Source: Kiritimatiellia bacterium (GTDB taxonomy: Bacteria > Verrucomicrobiota > Kiritimatiellia > RFP12 > UBA1067). From it: 64,000 nucleotides of DNA. The DNA is taken from assembly GCA_017628025.1 (NCBI GenBank), contig JAGBZX010000001.1, positions 1,268 to 65,267 of the forward strand, in the 5' to 3' direction. Made by a program: the position numbers and the translations under genes. This document shows positions 8,212 through 18,863 of this stretch, in pieces. Below the pieces are notes generated by a model. That model was not told where the DNA came from. It did not search any database and worked only from the letters and a program-made list of their open reading frames with translations. The stretch's first letter is position 1. Each line of letters starts with the position of its first letter.

Positions 8212-9342
8212 TTACTTTCCTCTGCCGCGAGTAGCATACTTAATCAACAAATCAAGCGCTTTTCTATCTAGCTTATGACCGCGGTAATCTTCAAATTCAC
8301 AATCTGTTCTAAAATTATCCATAATACCAAATTGTCCATCTATATTCCACAATGCCCAACCCCATGAATGCCTTTCAAACATCTTTAAGGCATCTTCAAG
8401 CCAAGCTAAAAATGTTTTATGCGGCACTGTAGGCTGATAACAGCCAAATTCACCAACAAAAAGAAATGTCTTATCTTCAATAGCTTTATACCAAGACTTC
8501 GCAAATTTATTCTCCAACCATTCTACACCGTTTGTACATCCAACCGGTGGCCATGGAGGACACGGCTCTAAAGTATTTTTCTTAAACACTTTGTAATGCG
8601 TAACGCTATTAGGAGTATAACAATGAATCGATTCCCCAGAGGCTGGATCGAACGGATGAAGCTCCATAACAGGCTTATTCCCCCATTCCCACCCATCTGA
8701 CATAACAAAGCGATTTGGATCTATCGCGCGGATAGCGTGAAGCGCAGCACGAGCAACCACTGCATAGTTCGAAGGTGTCGCACCATAAAAATCAATAGGC
8801 GCTGGTTCATTTAAAAGATCAAACGAAAGCTCCTCATTTGGTATTCCTTTATATCTTCCAGCTAATATTGCCCATAAATTAGTAAAGGCAATTAACGGCT
8901 CTTTATCACGGAAAAGCGACATCTTCTCCTCTGGCGGATTACAACAATAACCAGGAGCACGATGAAAATTTATTTGAACATGAATACCATATTCCTTACC
9001 ATACTTTACAGCATCATCTAACTTTCTTAACTCCGATTCGTTAACCTTCAGCCAATCTTCATCATTAACAAAAAAGCGATAATCTAATGGGAGCCTAGCA
9101 AAGTTAAACCCCCACTCGTGCATCCAAAGAAAACGATCTAATGGGAAATATCCAAAAACTCTCTTACTACCTGCCTCTAGTCTTGTCTTACAAAACATCC
9201 CCAAAAGATTAAACCCATACCACTTCTCTTTAGGGCGCCAAACATTAGTTTTAAATTGAATATCCTTCGAAGCGCTCTCAGATTCTACCCCGAGAGCAAA
9301 AAATGCAATCACAACAAAGAATAGAAAAAAATATTTTTTCAT
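8212..9342 (-). CDS. Secreted glycoside hydrolase family 5 (cellulase-type)
   Basis: Signal peptide MKKYFFLFFVVIAFFALG. Acid/base motif DLLNEP and nucleophile motif LFVGEFG. ATGA overlap with cysK. Confidence 0.85.
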   Translation of the reverse strand: MKKYFFLFFVVIAFFALGVESESASKDIQFKTNVWRPKEKWYGFNLLGMFCKTRLEAGSKRVFGYFPLDRFLWMHEWGFNFARLPLDYRFFVNDEDWLKVNESELRKLDDAVKYGKEYGIHVQINFHRAPGYCCNPPEEKMSLFRDKEPLIAFTNLWAILAGRYKGIPNEELSFDLLNEPAPIDFYGATPSNYAVVARAALHAIRAIDPNRFVMSDGWEWGNKPVMELHPFDPASGESIHCYTPNSVTHYKVFKKNTLEPCPPWPPVGCTNGVEWLENKFAKSWYKAIEDKTFLFVGEFGCYQPTVPHKTFLAWLEDALKMFERHSWGWALWNIDGQFGIMDNFRTDCEFEDYRGHKLDRKALDLLIKYATRGRGK

Positions 9343-10271
9343 GCTTTTGCGTCATTATTTTCTTCAGCAACAATTCCAGATGATAAATATCTCTCGCCTG
9401 TATCTGGCAATATAGTTACGATTGTCTTGCCTTTATTTTCTGGATTCTCCGAAAGACTAAGCGCCGCTGCGAGCGCCGCGCCAGACGAGATACCTGCAAA
9501 AATTCCTTCTCTTGAAGCCAAACTCCGCGCTGTCAACAAGGCTCTTTCGTATGAAACCTTAATAACGCCATCCATTAAAGAAACATCCATTGTCTTTGGT
9601 ATAAACCCAGCTCCTATTCCTTGGATTTTATGAAGACCTGGCTGTCTGCCTGATAAAACAGCTGACTCTTCCGGCTCGACAGCATAGAGCTTTATATTAG
9701 GATTTTGCTCTTTTAAATATTTGCCCGTACCACTAAATGTGCCACCTGTGCCAACTGCTGCGACAAAAATATCTACTTTGCCTGATACCCCCGACCAAAT
9801 TTCAGGTCCTGTAGTTAGATAATGACTTTCTGGGTTAGCCGGATTTTCAAATTGCTGCAAAACTACAGATCCTTCAATTGACCTATTTAATTCATTAGCC
9901 TTGTCTATCGACCCTTTCATACCTTTTGATGATTCCGTTAAAACGATTTTAGCTCCATATGCCATTGCTAGCCTTCGCCTTTCAATGCTCATAGACTCCG
10001 GCATAACAAGAATCAATTTGTAACCCTTAACGGCAGAAACCATCGCTAATCCCACACCGGTATTGCCGCTAGTCGGCTCAATTATAACCGAACCTGGTTG
10101 TAACTTTCCGCCAGCCTCTGCTGCTTCAATCATTGAAAGTGCAACTCTATCTTTAACACTACCACCAGGATTAAAGAACTCAATCTTAGCTAAAACGCGC
10201 GCGTATCCAGCATTTAACTTTGGAGAAATCTCTATTAGAGGAGTAGCGCCTATCAATTTAAGAATATGCAT
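9339..10271 (-). CDS. cysK: Cysteine synthase A (O-acetylserine sulfhydrylase)
   Basis: 310 aa with PLP-lysine motif NPGGSVKDR, TSGNTG loop and GTGGTFSG. SD AAGGAG upstream. Confidence 0.95.
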   Translation of the reverse strand: MHILKLIGATPLIEISPKLNAGYARVLAKIEFFNPGGSVKDRVALSMIEAAEAGGKLQPGSVIIEPTSGNTGVGLAMVSAVKGYKLILVMPESMSIERRRLAMAYGAKIVLTESSKGMKGSIDKANELNRSIEGSVVLQQFENPANPESHYLTTGPEIWSGVSGKVDIFVAAVGTGGTFSGTGKYLKEQNPNIKLYAVEPEESAVLSGRQPGLHKIQGIGAGFIPKTMDVSLMDGVIKVSYERALLTARSLASREGIFAGISSGAALAAALSLSENPENKGKTIVTILPDTGERYLSSGIVAEENNDAKA

Positions 10272-10297
10272 TTTTATCTCCTTTTTAATCCTGGCTT

Positions 10298-12472
10298 TTA
10301 CATCATATTGTGCGCATCCATGTCAAATGTGACGCGAAGTTGAGACGGGTTTGGCCTAATTGATTTAAGCCATTTCCACGACGATGAAAGTAAGGCTGGG
10401 CGTTTTGCGCGAAGCACGATTTGCCACCTATAATTGCCATCTGCTTTTTCTAATATTGAAGGAGTCGCCTCTCCAACCATCATATCCTTACCTTTGGCAA
10501 AAGACTCAAGGCTCTTAGCATACATCTCGGCCCACGCAGCAACCAATTTGATATCTTTTGATGATAGCGAAATAACAGAGAGATGATAATACGGCGGAAA
10601 ACCCCATTCTCTTCGCTCTGCTAATTCTTCAGAGGCGAAACCCTCATAGTCTGCTTTTGCTGCCAACCGTATTGCCCTTGCATTTGGATCACGCGTTTGA
10701 AATATAGCTTCACCAGAAAGTTCTGCTCGTCCCGCACGACCAGCAACTTGAGAAAGAAGTTGGAATGTGCGTTCTGCCGCGCGAAAATCAGGCTGATTTA
10801 ACGAAGCGTCGGCATTTAACACTCCCACTAATGTAACATTAGGAAAATCTAACCCCTTTGCAACCATTTGTGTGCCTATAAGTATATCGGCTTCACCGCG
10901 CGCAAAAGCGCCTAAAATATCATCATGAGAAAACTTGCGAGAAACAGAATCTGAATCCATCCTTAAAATATTTGCACGCGGAAAACATTTCTTTAGCGCA
11001 GCCTCTGCTTTTTGAATACCTAGGCCTTTCATATCAAAATCATTCGCACCACACTCTGGGCACTTCTGCGGCACAAGACACCACTTGCCACATATATGAC
11101 ATCTTAAACACGAATCAACTTTATGGTATGTGTACGGCACCGAACAACTAGGACACTCTAGCGTAACACCACACGAAGAACACATCATGCTTTTTGAGTA
11201 TCCGCGGCGATTTATAAGGAGAATCGTTTGCTCATGCCTATCGAGTCGATCGGAAATTGCATCTAGCAACTGCTTACTAAATATCCCGCTCTCTCCAGAT
11301 GAAATATCAACTAGACCAACAGCTGGCGTAGTTCCTGCTCCTGCGCGCTTTGACATCCGCACAAGATTATATTTACCATTTTCAACATTAACCCAACTCT
11401 CAAGCGATGGCGTAGCGCTACCTAATACAACTTTAGCGCCTTCTATTGAGCCTCTTAAAACAGCTACATCTCGCGCATTATATCGCGGCATCTCTTCTTG
11501 CTTATAGCTAGATTCATGCTCTTCATCTACCACTATAAGACCGAGATTTGACAAAGGAGCAAAAACGGCACTTCTTGGCCCTACGACGACTTTCGCTTCG
11601 CCATTACGTATGCGGTGCCACTCGTCGTATCGCTCACCATCAGAAAGAGCTGAATGAAGCAGCGCTACTTTATCACCAAAACGCTGTGCAAAACGACGCA
11701 TAGTTTGAGGCGTTAATGAAATCTCTGGCACCATCACTATAGCCGTGCGCCCCTTCTCAAGTTCTGCTGCGATAGCTTGGAGATAAACCTCAGTCTTACC
11801 GGAGCCAGTAACTCCAAAAAGGAGAACGGGCAATGTCGACGAGTTTATACTTTCTAATGCAGAAGATTGCACATCATTTAATTGCAAGGGCTTTGTTGGC
11901 AAGAACTTACGCCCTGCCATTGGATCTCGTCGAAATTGCCTAGCATAAACTTTAACGAGTTTGGCTTTTTGTAAGGCTTTTATTGTTTGCGGAGAAGTCT
12001 CAAGTTCTTCTGCTAGCTTATTAAGCCAACCTCCGTCTAATCTTACTATCTGCTCATAAAGCCATTTTTGCCTTTTTGTCAATTTTTCGTAATCTGCGCT
12101 GTTAGCTTTTTCATCACATTCAACATATAAAAGTTCTTTTGGCCGCATATTCTTCTTTAGAACTGCCGCTGGAACTGCCGCCTTAAGTACGCTCTCAAGA
12201 GGGGCTGCAGTATATGCAGAAATTAGTTTAACTAACTTTAGAAGCTCTGGTGAAAAAAAAGGCTTCTCATCAATTATTTCAATTACTTGCTTTAGTTTTA
12301 CATCACCCTTGTATGGCTCATTACTTATAGCCATCGCAAAGCCTCGAGCATTACGATGCCCGAATGGAATTAAAAGAAGCTGCCCTATGGACAGCTTCTT
12401 TTGTAGCTCTGGACTAACCGAGTAATCAAACAAACGGTCAAGCGCCAGATCTATGGCGACTTTAACCGTCAC
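10298..12472 (-). CDS. priA: Primosomal protein N' (replication-restart helicase)
   Basis: 724 aa with Walker A GVTGSGKTEVY, DEEH box and a Cys-rich zinc region (CSSCG...CPSC...CHICG...CPECG). GTG start lies 1 nt after the upstream stop. Confidence 0.95.
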   Translation of the reverse strand: MTVKVAIDLALDRLFDYSVSPELQKKLSIGQLLLIPFGHRNARGFAMAISNEPYKGDVKLKQVIEIIDEKPFFSPELLKLVKLISAYTAAPLESVLKAAVPAAVLKKNMRPKELLYVECDEKANSADYEKLTKRQKWLYEQIVRLDGGWLNKLAEELETSPQTIKALQKAKLVKVYARQFRRDPMAGRKFLPTKPLQLNDVQSSALESINSSTLPVLLFGVTGSGKTEVYLQAIAAELEKGRTAIVMVPEISLTPQTMRRFAQRFGDKVALLHSALSDGERYDEWHRIRNGEAKVVVGPRSAVFAPLSNLGLIVVDEEHESSYKQEEMPRYNARDVAVLRGSIEGAKVVLGSATPSLESWVNVENGKYNLVRMSKRAGAGTTPAVGLVDISSGESGIFSKQLLDAISDRLDRHEQTILLINRRGYSKSMMCSSCGVTLECPSCSVPYTYHKVDSCLRCHICGKWCLVPQKCPECGANDFDMKGLGIQKAEAALKKCFPRANILRMDSDSVSRKFSHDDILGAFARGEADILIGTQMVAKGLDFPNVTLVGVLNADASLNQPDFRAAERTFQLLSQVAGRAGRAELSGEAIFQTRDPNARAIRLAAKADYEGFASEELAERREWGFPPYYHLSVISLSSKDIKLVAAWAEMYAKSLESFAKGKDMMVGEATPSILEKADGNYRWQIVLRAKRPALLSSSWKWLKSIRPNPSQLRVTFDMDAHNMM

Positions 12473-12473
12473 T

Positions 12474-13223
12474 TTACTTGTTGCTGGTCGGCTTGATGTA
12501 TTCGAACTTAACCGACTGAGGTATCACGAAGCTCTGACGGTTGAAAACGAGATAGAGCTTGCTATACTTAGCCTTAACAACCTTCGCCGCGCCACCCTTG
12601 TGGATGATGATGAAAGCCTTGTTACCAAATGGCGTGTCACTAGAGCCACCGTTAGCCTTACCCATCTTAATTTCTTGAGAGTCCTGAGACATATCGTGAG
12701 GGCCAGAGCTTACAGGAAGAGACTCAACGTCGGCGTTACGTGTAACGAGAGCGGGAATGACATCTTCCATTTCATCGGTAAGACCCTTTGCAACGCACCA
12801 CGCAACGTTATCACCCTTAAGAGTGCTACCACCGTTGAAAGCAGGAACGCCAGAACCAGAAAGAACTGAAATATCAACGCCGGTTACATAAGGAGCCCAC
12901 TCTTCTTTACCGTAGTTCTGAATATCGAAGAGTTCTTCGAAGTATTCTTCAGACGTGCCAGGAGTCATGCCGGCAATGTCGTCGTTGTCGTCAGACTTCT
13001 GAGAATCATCCTTTGGCCAAACGCTCGTAAGACCAGCAGCTTCACGCTCTGTGTTAGCCTGCGTAATACCAACGAAAAGATTACGACCACGCATTGAGCA
13101 CGCACTTGTATTTGCTGCAAGCATAGCTGCGGTAATTGCAGGGAAGAGAGCACCCATAAGAATACCGAGAATGCCGATAACTACGAGAAGTTCGACGAGC
13201 GTAAAACCTTTTTTATTTTTCAT
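12474..13223 (-). CDS. Prepilin-type N-terminal cleavage/methylation domain protein (pseudopilin/type IV pilin-like)
   Basis: N-terminus MKNKKGFTLVELLVVIGILGILMGALFPAI is the class III signal (G|FTLxE). The rest is acidic and unrecognised. Confidence 0.85.
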   Translation of the reverse strand: MKNKKGFTLVELLVVIGILGILMGALFPAITAAMLAANTSACSMRGRNLFVGITQANTEREAAGLTSVWPKDDSQKSDDNDDIAGMTPGTSEEYFEELFDIQNYGKEEWAPYVTGVDISVLSGSGVPAFNGGSTLKGDNVAWCVAKGLTDEMEDVIPALVTRNADVESLPVSSGPHDMSQDSQEIKMGKANGGSSDTPFGNKAFIIIHKGGAAKVVKAKYSKLYLVFNRQSFVIPQSVKFEYIKPTSNK

Positions 13224-13264
13224 ATTAACAGAACCAACCTTTCTTTGTTTGATAGATGTGAAAT

Positions 13265-13293
13265 ATTATCTCAAAAATAAGACTATTTATCAA
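13265..13293 (-). promoter_or_regulatory. Candidate extended -10 promoter for the pilin-like gene
   Basis: Minus strand TTGATA (13293..13288, overlapping the pgsA-like stop), 17-nt spacer, TGA-GATAAT (-10 at 13270..13265). Confidence 0.4.
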
Positions 13294-13906
13294 GTGCTTT
13301 TTTTATGTACGGCATATAGACTTTAGTGTAAGTGAAAAGACTTATGAGGTTTAATAAACTCATAAGAATTTCCAGTACAAAACAGCTTATTAACCATACA
13401 TCACTTAACGCTTGCGGAACGATACTTCCGAGAAAGAGAAATAAGTACACCCAACCTGCTGTTGGAAACGATAACGCTGTTCGCACTTTCCCCATCGCCA
13501 TCGCGGCAACTGGCGCGCCATACACCGAGCCAACTGCTCGCATAAACGTCACCCAAAGATCTCTAATGATATAAAGAACGGTAAATGCAAGTAACATTAA
13601 AGAATGAGCCTCTGAACGCCCTGAGCGCATAGCAAGCCACAGAAGCGTAGGAAATGCTACTACATAAAATATCTTATCCATCAAAGGGTCAGCCAATTTG
13701 CCGAACGTAGAGACCACCTTCCACCTTCTGGCTAATTGCCCATCCCAAAGATCCGTAAGACCAGAAAGAAGCATCGCCAGCACTCCTATGGAGCCTAATA
13801 CGAAACCTCCGCTATACTCTTCTGCGATTGCGAAAAACATCCACATAACTACGAGAGGAACTCTCGCAATCGTCATCATATTAACTAATTTGGCGCGACT
13901 TGTCAC
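13283..13906 (-). CDS. pgsA: CDP-alcohol phosphatidyltransferase (PgsA-like)
   Basis: Exact D-x2-D-G-x2-A-R-x8-G-x3-D-x3-D motif in DLWDGQLARRWKVVSTFGKLADPLMDK. Multi-pass membrane protein of ~207 aa. GTG start overlaps the upstream stop (GTGA). Confidence 0.7.
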   Translation of the reverse strand: MTSRAKLVNMMTIARVPLVVMWMFFAIAEEYSGGFVLGSIGVLAMLLSGLTDLWDGQLARRWKVVSTFGKLADPLMDKIFYVVAFPTLLWLAMRSGRSEAHSLMLLAFTVLYIIRDLWVTFMRAVGSVYGAPVAAMAMGKVRTALSFPTAGWVYLFLFLGSIVPQALSDVWLISCFVLEILMSLLNLISLFTYTKVYMPYIKKALDK

Positions 13907-14256
13907 TTCTCTGAAATGCCTTCTGCAACAACTTCCTGCATAACTGCAAGCGTCTCTTTCATCTGCTTAAGACAAGCTTTAAGTTTCTGTATCTCAAGCT
14001 CCGCACGCATGTAGTTGCGCCTAGTTGCGAACAGCTGCATAAGTATCTCGCCCTTGTCTAAATCAAGATCGGCTAACTTCATGCCGTCAGGAATTGGAAC
14101 AAGCGCGCTACCGCCGCACTTTGTACACTTTATTTCAAGCCCTGCACCGCGATAATCTATAACAAGATTTTCGCCGCAATGCGGGCAAGCAAACTCAATA
14201 TCAGTATCGAGGATTTCAGTCTCGTGCGATTCAGTTGTATCATTTATATTCGCCAT
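13903..14256 (-). CDS. Zinc-ribbon plus coiled-coil protein (hypothetical)
   Basis: CPHCG...CTKCG Cys4 ribbon followed by a heptad-like C-terminus (LEIQKLKACLKQMKETLAVMQE). Strong SD GAGGAGG. Confidence 0.6.
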   Translation of the reverse strand: MANINDTTESHETEILDTDIEFACPHCGENLVIDYRGAGLEIKCTKCGGSALVPIPDGMKLADLDLDKGEILMQLFATRRNYMRAELEIQKLKACLKQMKETLAVMQEVVAEGISEK

Positions 14257-14259
14257 AAC

Positions 14260-14619
14260 TCAAGCCTCCTCATTTTGTTCAAGTTTGCTAATTATTGCAA
14301 GAACTTCATCACCCTTTTCAAGACTATTATCTAGCTTAAAAAGAAGTCTAGGCGTATACTTCAAACGCACTTCGCGATTAATGACGGCTTGAAAACGAGG
14401 CGCCGCCTTTTTTAACCGTTCAAGAGCTTTGCGCTTTAAAGCGTCATCGCCAAAGACTGAAATACCAACAGTTGCGTCGCGCAAATCGCTACCGCAAGAA
14501 ACACCCGTTACCGTTATAAGCCCAGGCGTCACCTCGCCTCCTTGCATAATCGAGAACATCGACTCTGCAATAACGCGCCTTAAAAGCGAATTGACTCTCT
14601 CCATGCGGCTTACTGACAT
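14260..14619 (-). CDS. rbfA: Ribosome-binding factor A
   Basis: 119 aa; MERVNSLLRRVIAE...ITVTGV..S.DLRDATV.. pattern. Located directly after infB. SD AAGGAG. Confidence 0.9.
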   Translation of the reverse strand: MSVSRMERVNSLLRRVIAESMFSIMQGGEVTPGLITVTGVSCGSDLRDATVGISVFGDDALKRKALERLKKAAPRFQAVINREVRLKYTPRLLFKLDNSLEKGDEVLAIISKLEQNEEA

Positions 14620-14630
14620 CGATTGCTCCT

Positions 14631-16961
14631 TTACAGTGTCTTAGGTAGTTCTTCGTGAGCAAAGCACTCAATGACATCGCCAACAGCGAAGCCTTCGTAG
14701 CCAGCAAAACACACGCCGCATTCCTGCTGACCTGTAATTTCCTTGACCTCATCCTTGAAGTGTCTAAGTGTTTGAACTTTACCTGTCCAAATTACCTTAG
14801 AAGCACGAATGATGCGATACTCTTCTTTAGCTATCAACCTACCATCAAGCATCTGAGAGCCAGCAATCTTGCCGAGATGACCAATGTCATAAATCGCCTT
14901 GATTTCAGCGTGGCCCAAGACAACCTCCTTGTATTCAGGAGGCAATTGGTCGAGCATGCAGTTTTTGACATGATCTAAAAGTTCGTAAATAATGCGGAAA
15001 GAATTAATTCTTACGCCATCGTGACGAGCTTGGCTCTGAACACCTGAATCATTAGAGATATTAAAGCCGACAACTATTGCCCTACCTGCCGCGGCAGTTT
15101 TGACATCAGTAAGCGACACATTACCTGTGCCAGTGCCAATAACATTCATCGACACCTTTTCGCTCTTTATCTCATTAAGTGCAGCAACAATAGCTTCAAG
15201 AGAGCCTTGTGTATCAGACTTAACAATTACGTTAAGCTCCTTACGACCCTCGGCGGCCATCCTACGCATAAGAGCATCGAGAGAAGCTGCCTTATTAGCA
15301 GAAAGCGCTTCTTCCTTCTTCTCCTGAGAAACCTTCTCAGCCAACACACGAGCACGCTTTTCATCAAGCATAACGCGGAATTCACTGCCTGCTTCAGGAA
15401 CGCCAGACAAGCCAGTAACCTTAACTGGTGTTGCAGGACCTGCTTCTTTTATGCGGCGACCGCGATCGTCAATAAGAGCGCGAACCTTACCGAAATGCTC
15501 TCCAAGAAGTATCGCATCTCCTACCTTGAGTGTGCCGCCAGTAACAAGAACTGTCGCGCACGGACCAAGACCCTGCTGCAATTCAGACTCGATTACGAAA
15601 CCATTAGCACGGCGAGCAGGATTTGCCTGAAGTTCAAGAACTTCTGCCTGAACGAGAATATTCTCAAGTAAAGAATCTACGCCGGCGCCAGTTTTGCCAG
15701 AAACAGGACAGCAGATAATGTCTCCGCCCCAATCCTCAGGAGTAAGACCTGCCTTTTGAAGCTGCTGTTTGACTCTATCAACATTTGCAGTTGGTTTATC
15801 TGCCTTAGTGATAGCAACCATCACCTGAACACCAGTTTGACGAGTTACGCGTATGCATTCCTCTGTCTGTGGCATAATACCGTCGTCCGCAGCGATAATC
15901 AAAACTGCGATATCTGTAATTTGAGCGCCGCGCGCACGCATTGCGGAGAATGCTGCGTGACCAGGAGTATCAAGGAACGTAATCTTTCTACCTGCGGCAT
16001 CAACCTGATAAGCACTAATCTGCTGAGTAATACCACCAGCTTCACCATCAGCAACATGTTCGCGGCGAATAAAGTCCATAAGTGTTGTCTTGCCGTGGTC
16101 GACGTGACCAAGGAACGTAACAACAGGCGCACGCGGACGAAGCGACTCTGGCGAATCTTCCGGAATAAGATCGTCAGCATCGATGGCTTTCAAAACAGGT
16201 TTAGCAGCTGACTTGTCGCGCGCTTGTTCAATAGTTACCTTAAAGCCATACTTCATAGCTACCTTCGTAGCTACATCTGGCTCTACACGCTGGTTAATGG
16301 AAGCTAGAATCTTAAGCTCCATCAAATCTGCAATAAGCCTATTTGGTTTAATATTAAGCTTAGCGGCAAGATCTTTAACTATCACCGCTCCACGGATAGA
16401 TATCTCGCCTTCCTTTACGGAAATACGACCGCCTTGCTGTGGCACCTGAGGTGCAACGCGAGCAGGAGGTGCCTTCTGCTTATCAAAAGCCTTCTGCCCT
16501 TCGCGGCTCTTCTTACCCTTGCGCGAACGATCTGTCTCTTCGTCATCGATAATAACAACAGGCTTTTTAGGCTGAACAGCGGCTACAGAAATCGTAATAC
16601 CGGCGTCTCTATGCGCAGTGCGCTGAAGAGGCTTAAAGCCAGGACGATGACTTGTTGTAAGAACAAGTTTCGGGCTAGGCTTGGCAGCTGGAGTAACTTG
16701 AATTGTAGGAGCAGAACTCTTACGCTGCGAAGCAGTTTTTGCTGCAGACGAAGATTTAGATGGCGACTTAGCCGCAGCAGGAGCAACGGGTTTTGCCGCT
16801 ACTACTGGCATCTTAAAGCCCTTACCTTCAGCTGCGGCACGGGCAATTTTTAGATGCTCATCTAACTTAGCTTTCTGCTCTGCAAAAAACTTCGCGTTGA
16901 GCTCTGCTGCGCGAGCTCTTTTAGCTTCGCGCATTTTCAGTTTTTCTTCAGAAATTTGCAT
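14631..16961 (-). CDS. infB: Translation initiation factor IF-2
   Basis: GTPase motifs [15 protein letters not shown] and TKADK after a low-complexity A/K/P-rich N-terminus. ATG 16961 is preferred (AAGG 8 nt upstream) over the track's GTG 16967. Confidence 0.96.
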   Translation of the reverse strand: MQISEEKLKMREAKRARAAELNAKFFAEQKAKLDEHLKIARAAAEGKGFKMPVVAAKPVAPAAAKSPSKSSSAAKTASQRKSSAPTIQVTPAAKPSPKLVLTTSHRPGFKPLQRTAHRDAGITISVAAVQPKKPVVIIDDEETDRSRKGKKSREGQKAFDKQKAPPARVAPQVPQQGGRISVKEGEISIRGAVIVKDLAAKLNIKPNRLIADLMELKILASINQRVEPDVATKVAMKYGFKVTIEQARDKSAAKPVLKAIDADDLIPEDSPESLRPRAPVVTFLGHVDHGKTTLMDFIRREHVADGEAGGITQQISAYQVDAAGRKITFLDTPGHAAFSAMRARGAQITDIAVLIIAADDGIMPQTEECIRVTRQTGVQVMVAITKADKPTANVDRVKQQLQKAGLTPEDWGGDIICCPVSGKTGAGVDSLLENILVQAEVLELQANPARRANGFVIESELQQGLGPCATVLVTGGTLKVGDAILLGEHFGKVRALIDDRGRRIKEAGPATPVKVTGLSGVPEAGSEFRVMLDEKRARVLAEKVSQEKKEEALSANKAASLDALMRRMAAEGRKELNVIVKSDTQGSLEAIVAALNEIKSEKVSMNVIGTGTGNVSLTDVKTAAAGRAIVVGFNISNDSGVQSQARHDGVRINSFRIIYELLDHVKNCMLDQLPPEYKEVVLGHAEIKAIYDIGHLGKIAGSQMLDGRLIAKEEYRIIRASKVIWTGKVQTLRHFKDEVKEITGQQECGVCFAGYEGFAVGDVIECFAHEELPKTL

Positions 16962-16997
16962 ATGCACTACCTTAAAATGACTTTCTTACAGCTGATT

Positions 16998-18269
16998 TTA
17001 TATTAGTTCCAACTCAGATACAGCCTTTGCTGCTGCGTAAATGCCCTTAGCAGAAACCTCATCAAGACCTGTCATTGCGATAAATGTCGACTCATCTTCA
17101 TTTACGATACCGTCAACAGTCAAGAAGCCAGCGTCAGCAATCTGCGTAGCAACGGCCGTCGAAACAGAGAACATCTCCGCCAACTCTCGTATGGCTTCAG
17201 CCTTTTGATCTTCGAACGACGCAGTGGCCATAGATTTCTTAACATCGATATGCCACCCTGTTAGCCATGTAGTAAGGCGAATATTTTGACCACGCTTACC
17301 AATCGTAAGCGAGTATTGGTCGGCTGCTACTACTACTTGAACAGTATTTGGTTGCACTGGGTCAATCTCAACGAGCTCAAGCTTAGCGGGAGCGAGCGCT
17401 TGAGTTACATACTGACGAATATCTTCATTCCAACGAACAATATCAATTTTCTCACCAGAAAGCTCAGTAACAATTGCGCGAACTCTGCTACCTTTTTGAC
17501 CGACGCAAGCGCCTACCGGGTCAACGGAATCGTTAGAAGTGCGAACTGCAAGCTTAGCTCTATAACCAGGGTCTCTACTTACGCCCATAATCTCAACTAC
17601 ACCATCAGCAATCTCGCTAACTTCAAGACGGAAGAGCGCTTCGACAAACTTATTGCTGGCGCGTGAAACAGTAACTGTTGGGCCTTTTGACTTTGAATCA
17701 GACTCAACCTTAAGGACGATAGCCTTAATTGGATCACCTATTTTATAGTCTTCTGTCGGGATGCGCTCTTTAGCAGGCATAATCATCTCTGTTTTACCGA
17801 CAGTAATGTATAAATCGCGATGGACAATACTGCTAACGGTACCTGAAACAATGTCACCTACACGATCTTTATATTCAGCAAGAGTGTTTGTGCGTTCAGC
17901 ATCACGGATTTTCTCGAAAATTTTCTGACGCGAGGTTTGAGCAACAATTCTGCCGAGTTTAGAAGCTGGCATTTCTATCTCAATTGTCTCACCTTCTGGG
18001 ACATCTACGCCATTATTAAAGCGCTTAGCCATTTTAGTGGTAATAAACCCTGGACCAACGTCAGAGTCACTTACGACAAATGTGTCATAGACATGAAGAG
18101 AGTAATCAGTTCTATCGATTGAAACGCGGATATCTTTAGTAAAATCGCGATTTTTCTTTGCTGCATGTTCAATAGCCTGCGCAATTGCCGTAAGAACTAC
18201 TTCACGGCTTACGCCACGCTCCGCCTCAATATGCTGAACCACCGCCAGTAGCTGATTGTTAATCGCCAT
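16998..18269 (-). CDS. nusA: Transcription termination/antitermination factor NusA
   Basis: Start set at the internal ATG 18269 (MAINNQLLAVVQHIEAERGV..., a typical NusA N-terminus). S1 and KH regions are present (GACVGQKGSRVRAI; LTIGKRGQNIRL). No rimP lies upstream. Confidence 0.93.
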   Translation of the reverse strand: MAINNQLLAVVQHIEAERGVSREVVLTAIAQAIEHAAKKNRDFTKDIRVSIDRTDYSLHVYDTFVVSDSDVGPGFITTKMAKRFNNGVDVPEGETIEIEMPASKLGRIVAQTSRQKIFEKIRDAERTNTLAEYKDRVGDIVSGTVSSIVHRDLYITVGKTEMIMPAKERIPTEDYKIGDPIKAIVLKVESDSKSKGPTVTVSRASNKFVEALFRLEVSEIADGVVEIMGVSRDPGYRAKLAVRTSNDSVDPVGACVGQKGSRVRAIVTELSGEKIDIVRWNEDIRQYVTQALAPAKLELVEIDPVQPNTVQVVVAADQYSLTIGKRGQNIRLTTWLTGWHIDVKKSMATASFEDQKAEAIRELAEMFSVSTAVATQIADAGFLTVDGIVNEDESTFIAMTGLDEVSAKGIYAAAKAVSELELI

Positions 18270-18345
18270 TGTCTGCCTTACCCTTCCTTTCAAATCTATA
18301 ACAAAGAACATCGGCGAATCCTAAGGACCGCCGTAAATACTATGT

Positions 18346-18373
18346 ATAATATCAAAAAAACGCCAAAAGTCAA
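18346..18373 (-). promoter_or_regulatory. Extended -10 promoter for nusA-infB-rbfA
   Basis: Minus strand TTGACT (18373..18368), 16-nt spacer, TGA-TATTAT (-10 at 18351..18346). About 76 nt of leader precede ATG 18269. Confidence 0.5.
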
Positions 18374-18426
18374 CCCCTTAGCTAATTTTATAAATTATTA
18401 AGAACCTTTACCGCTACTCTTACCTT

Positions 18427-18852
18427 CTACTTCTTAGCCTCTCTCTTCTCGCTTGGGAGCCATGTCTGATTACGACCTAAAAAGGCAATCTTTCCTCTTA
18501 CAACAAGGTTTTCTCCATCGCGCCAAATTTCACAGCTATAGGTCTTTCCTTTTTTAGGATCGGTAATCTTACCTCCATTAAGGCCCTTTCCGCCGCGCTT
18601 CATATCGCTGATAATTTTTAGACCTAATATTTTTGGGCTTCCTGGCAATTTCGCTACGGCATCTTCATTTTTAAACAAATGAACTATCTTACCAGAATAA
18701 ACACCATTGTCTACTGTGATTTCAACTACACTTTTCTGCTCTTTCGTTTCGTCGTCAATCGTAGTCCAGCAACCAATAAACTCTTTAGCTGAAACTGCCG
18801 TCGCAACACTAACTGCTGCTATGCAAATAAAGCTCTTAATTAAATAATTCAT
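18427..18852 (-). CDS. DUF2147 domain protein (secreted)
   Basis: Signal peptide, then GCWTTIDDETKEQKSVVEI...GKIVHL and GGKITDPKKGKTYSCEIW..GENLVVRG, matching the DUF2147 pattern. Confidence 0.72.
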   Translation of the reverse strand: MNYLIKSFICIAAVSVATAVSAKEFIGCWTTIDDETKEQKSVVEITVDNGVYSGKIVHLFKNEDAVAKLPGSPKILGLKIISDMKRGGKGLNGGKITDPKKGKTYSCEIWRDGENLVVRGKIAFLGRNQTWLPSEKREAKK

Positions 18853-18863
18853 ATCTCGCCTTT

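Noticed and set aside
14489-14752. 87-aa minus-strand ORF bridging the rbfA/infB junction, and nested alternative-frame minus ORFs inside large genes (for example 56069..56530, 44297..44674, 27108..27380)
   Set aside because: They overlap strongly supported genes out of frame and have biased, motif-free translations.
18270-18345. Small hairpin (ACGGCG-12 nt-CGCCGA) in the nusA leader as an autoregulatory attenuator
   Set aside because: Only a 5-6-bp stem with no U-tract. This is too weak to call from sequence alone.
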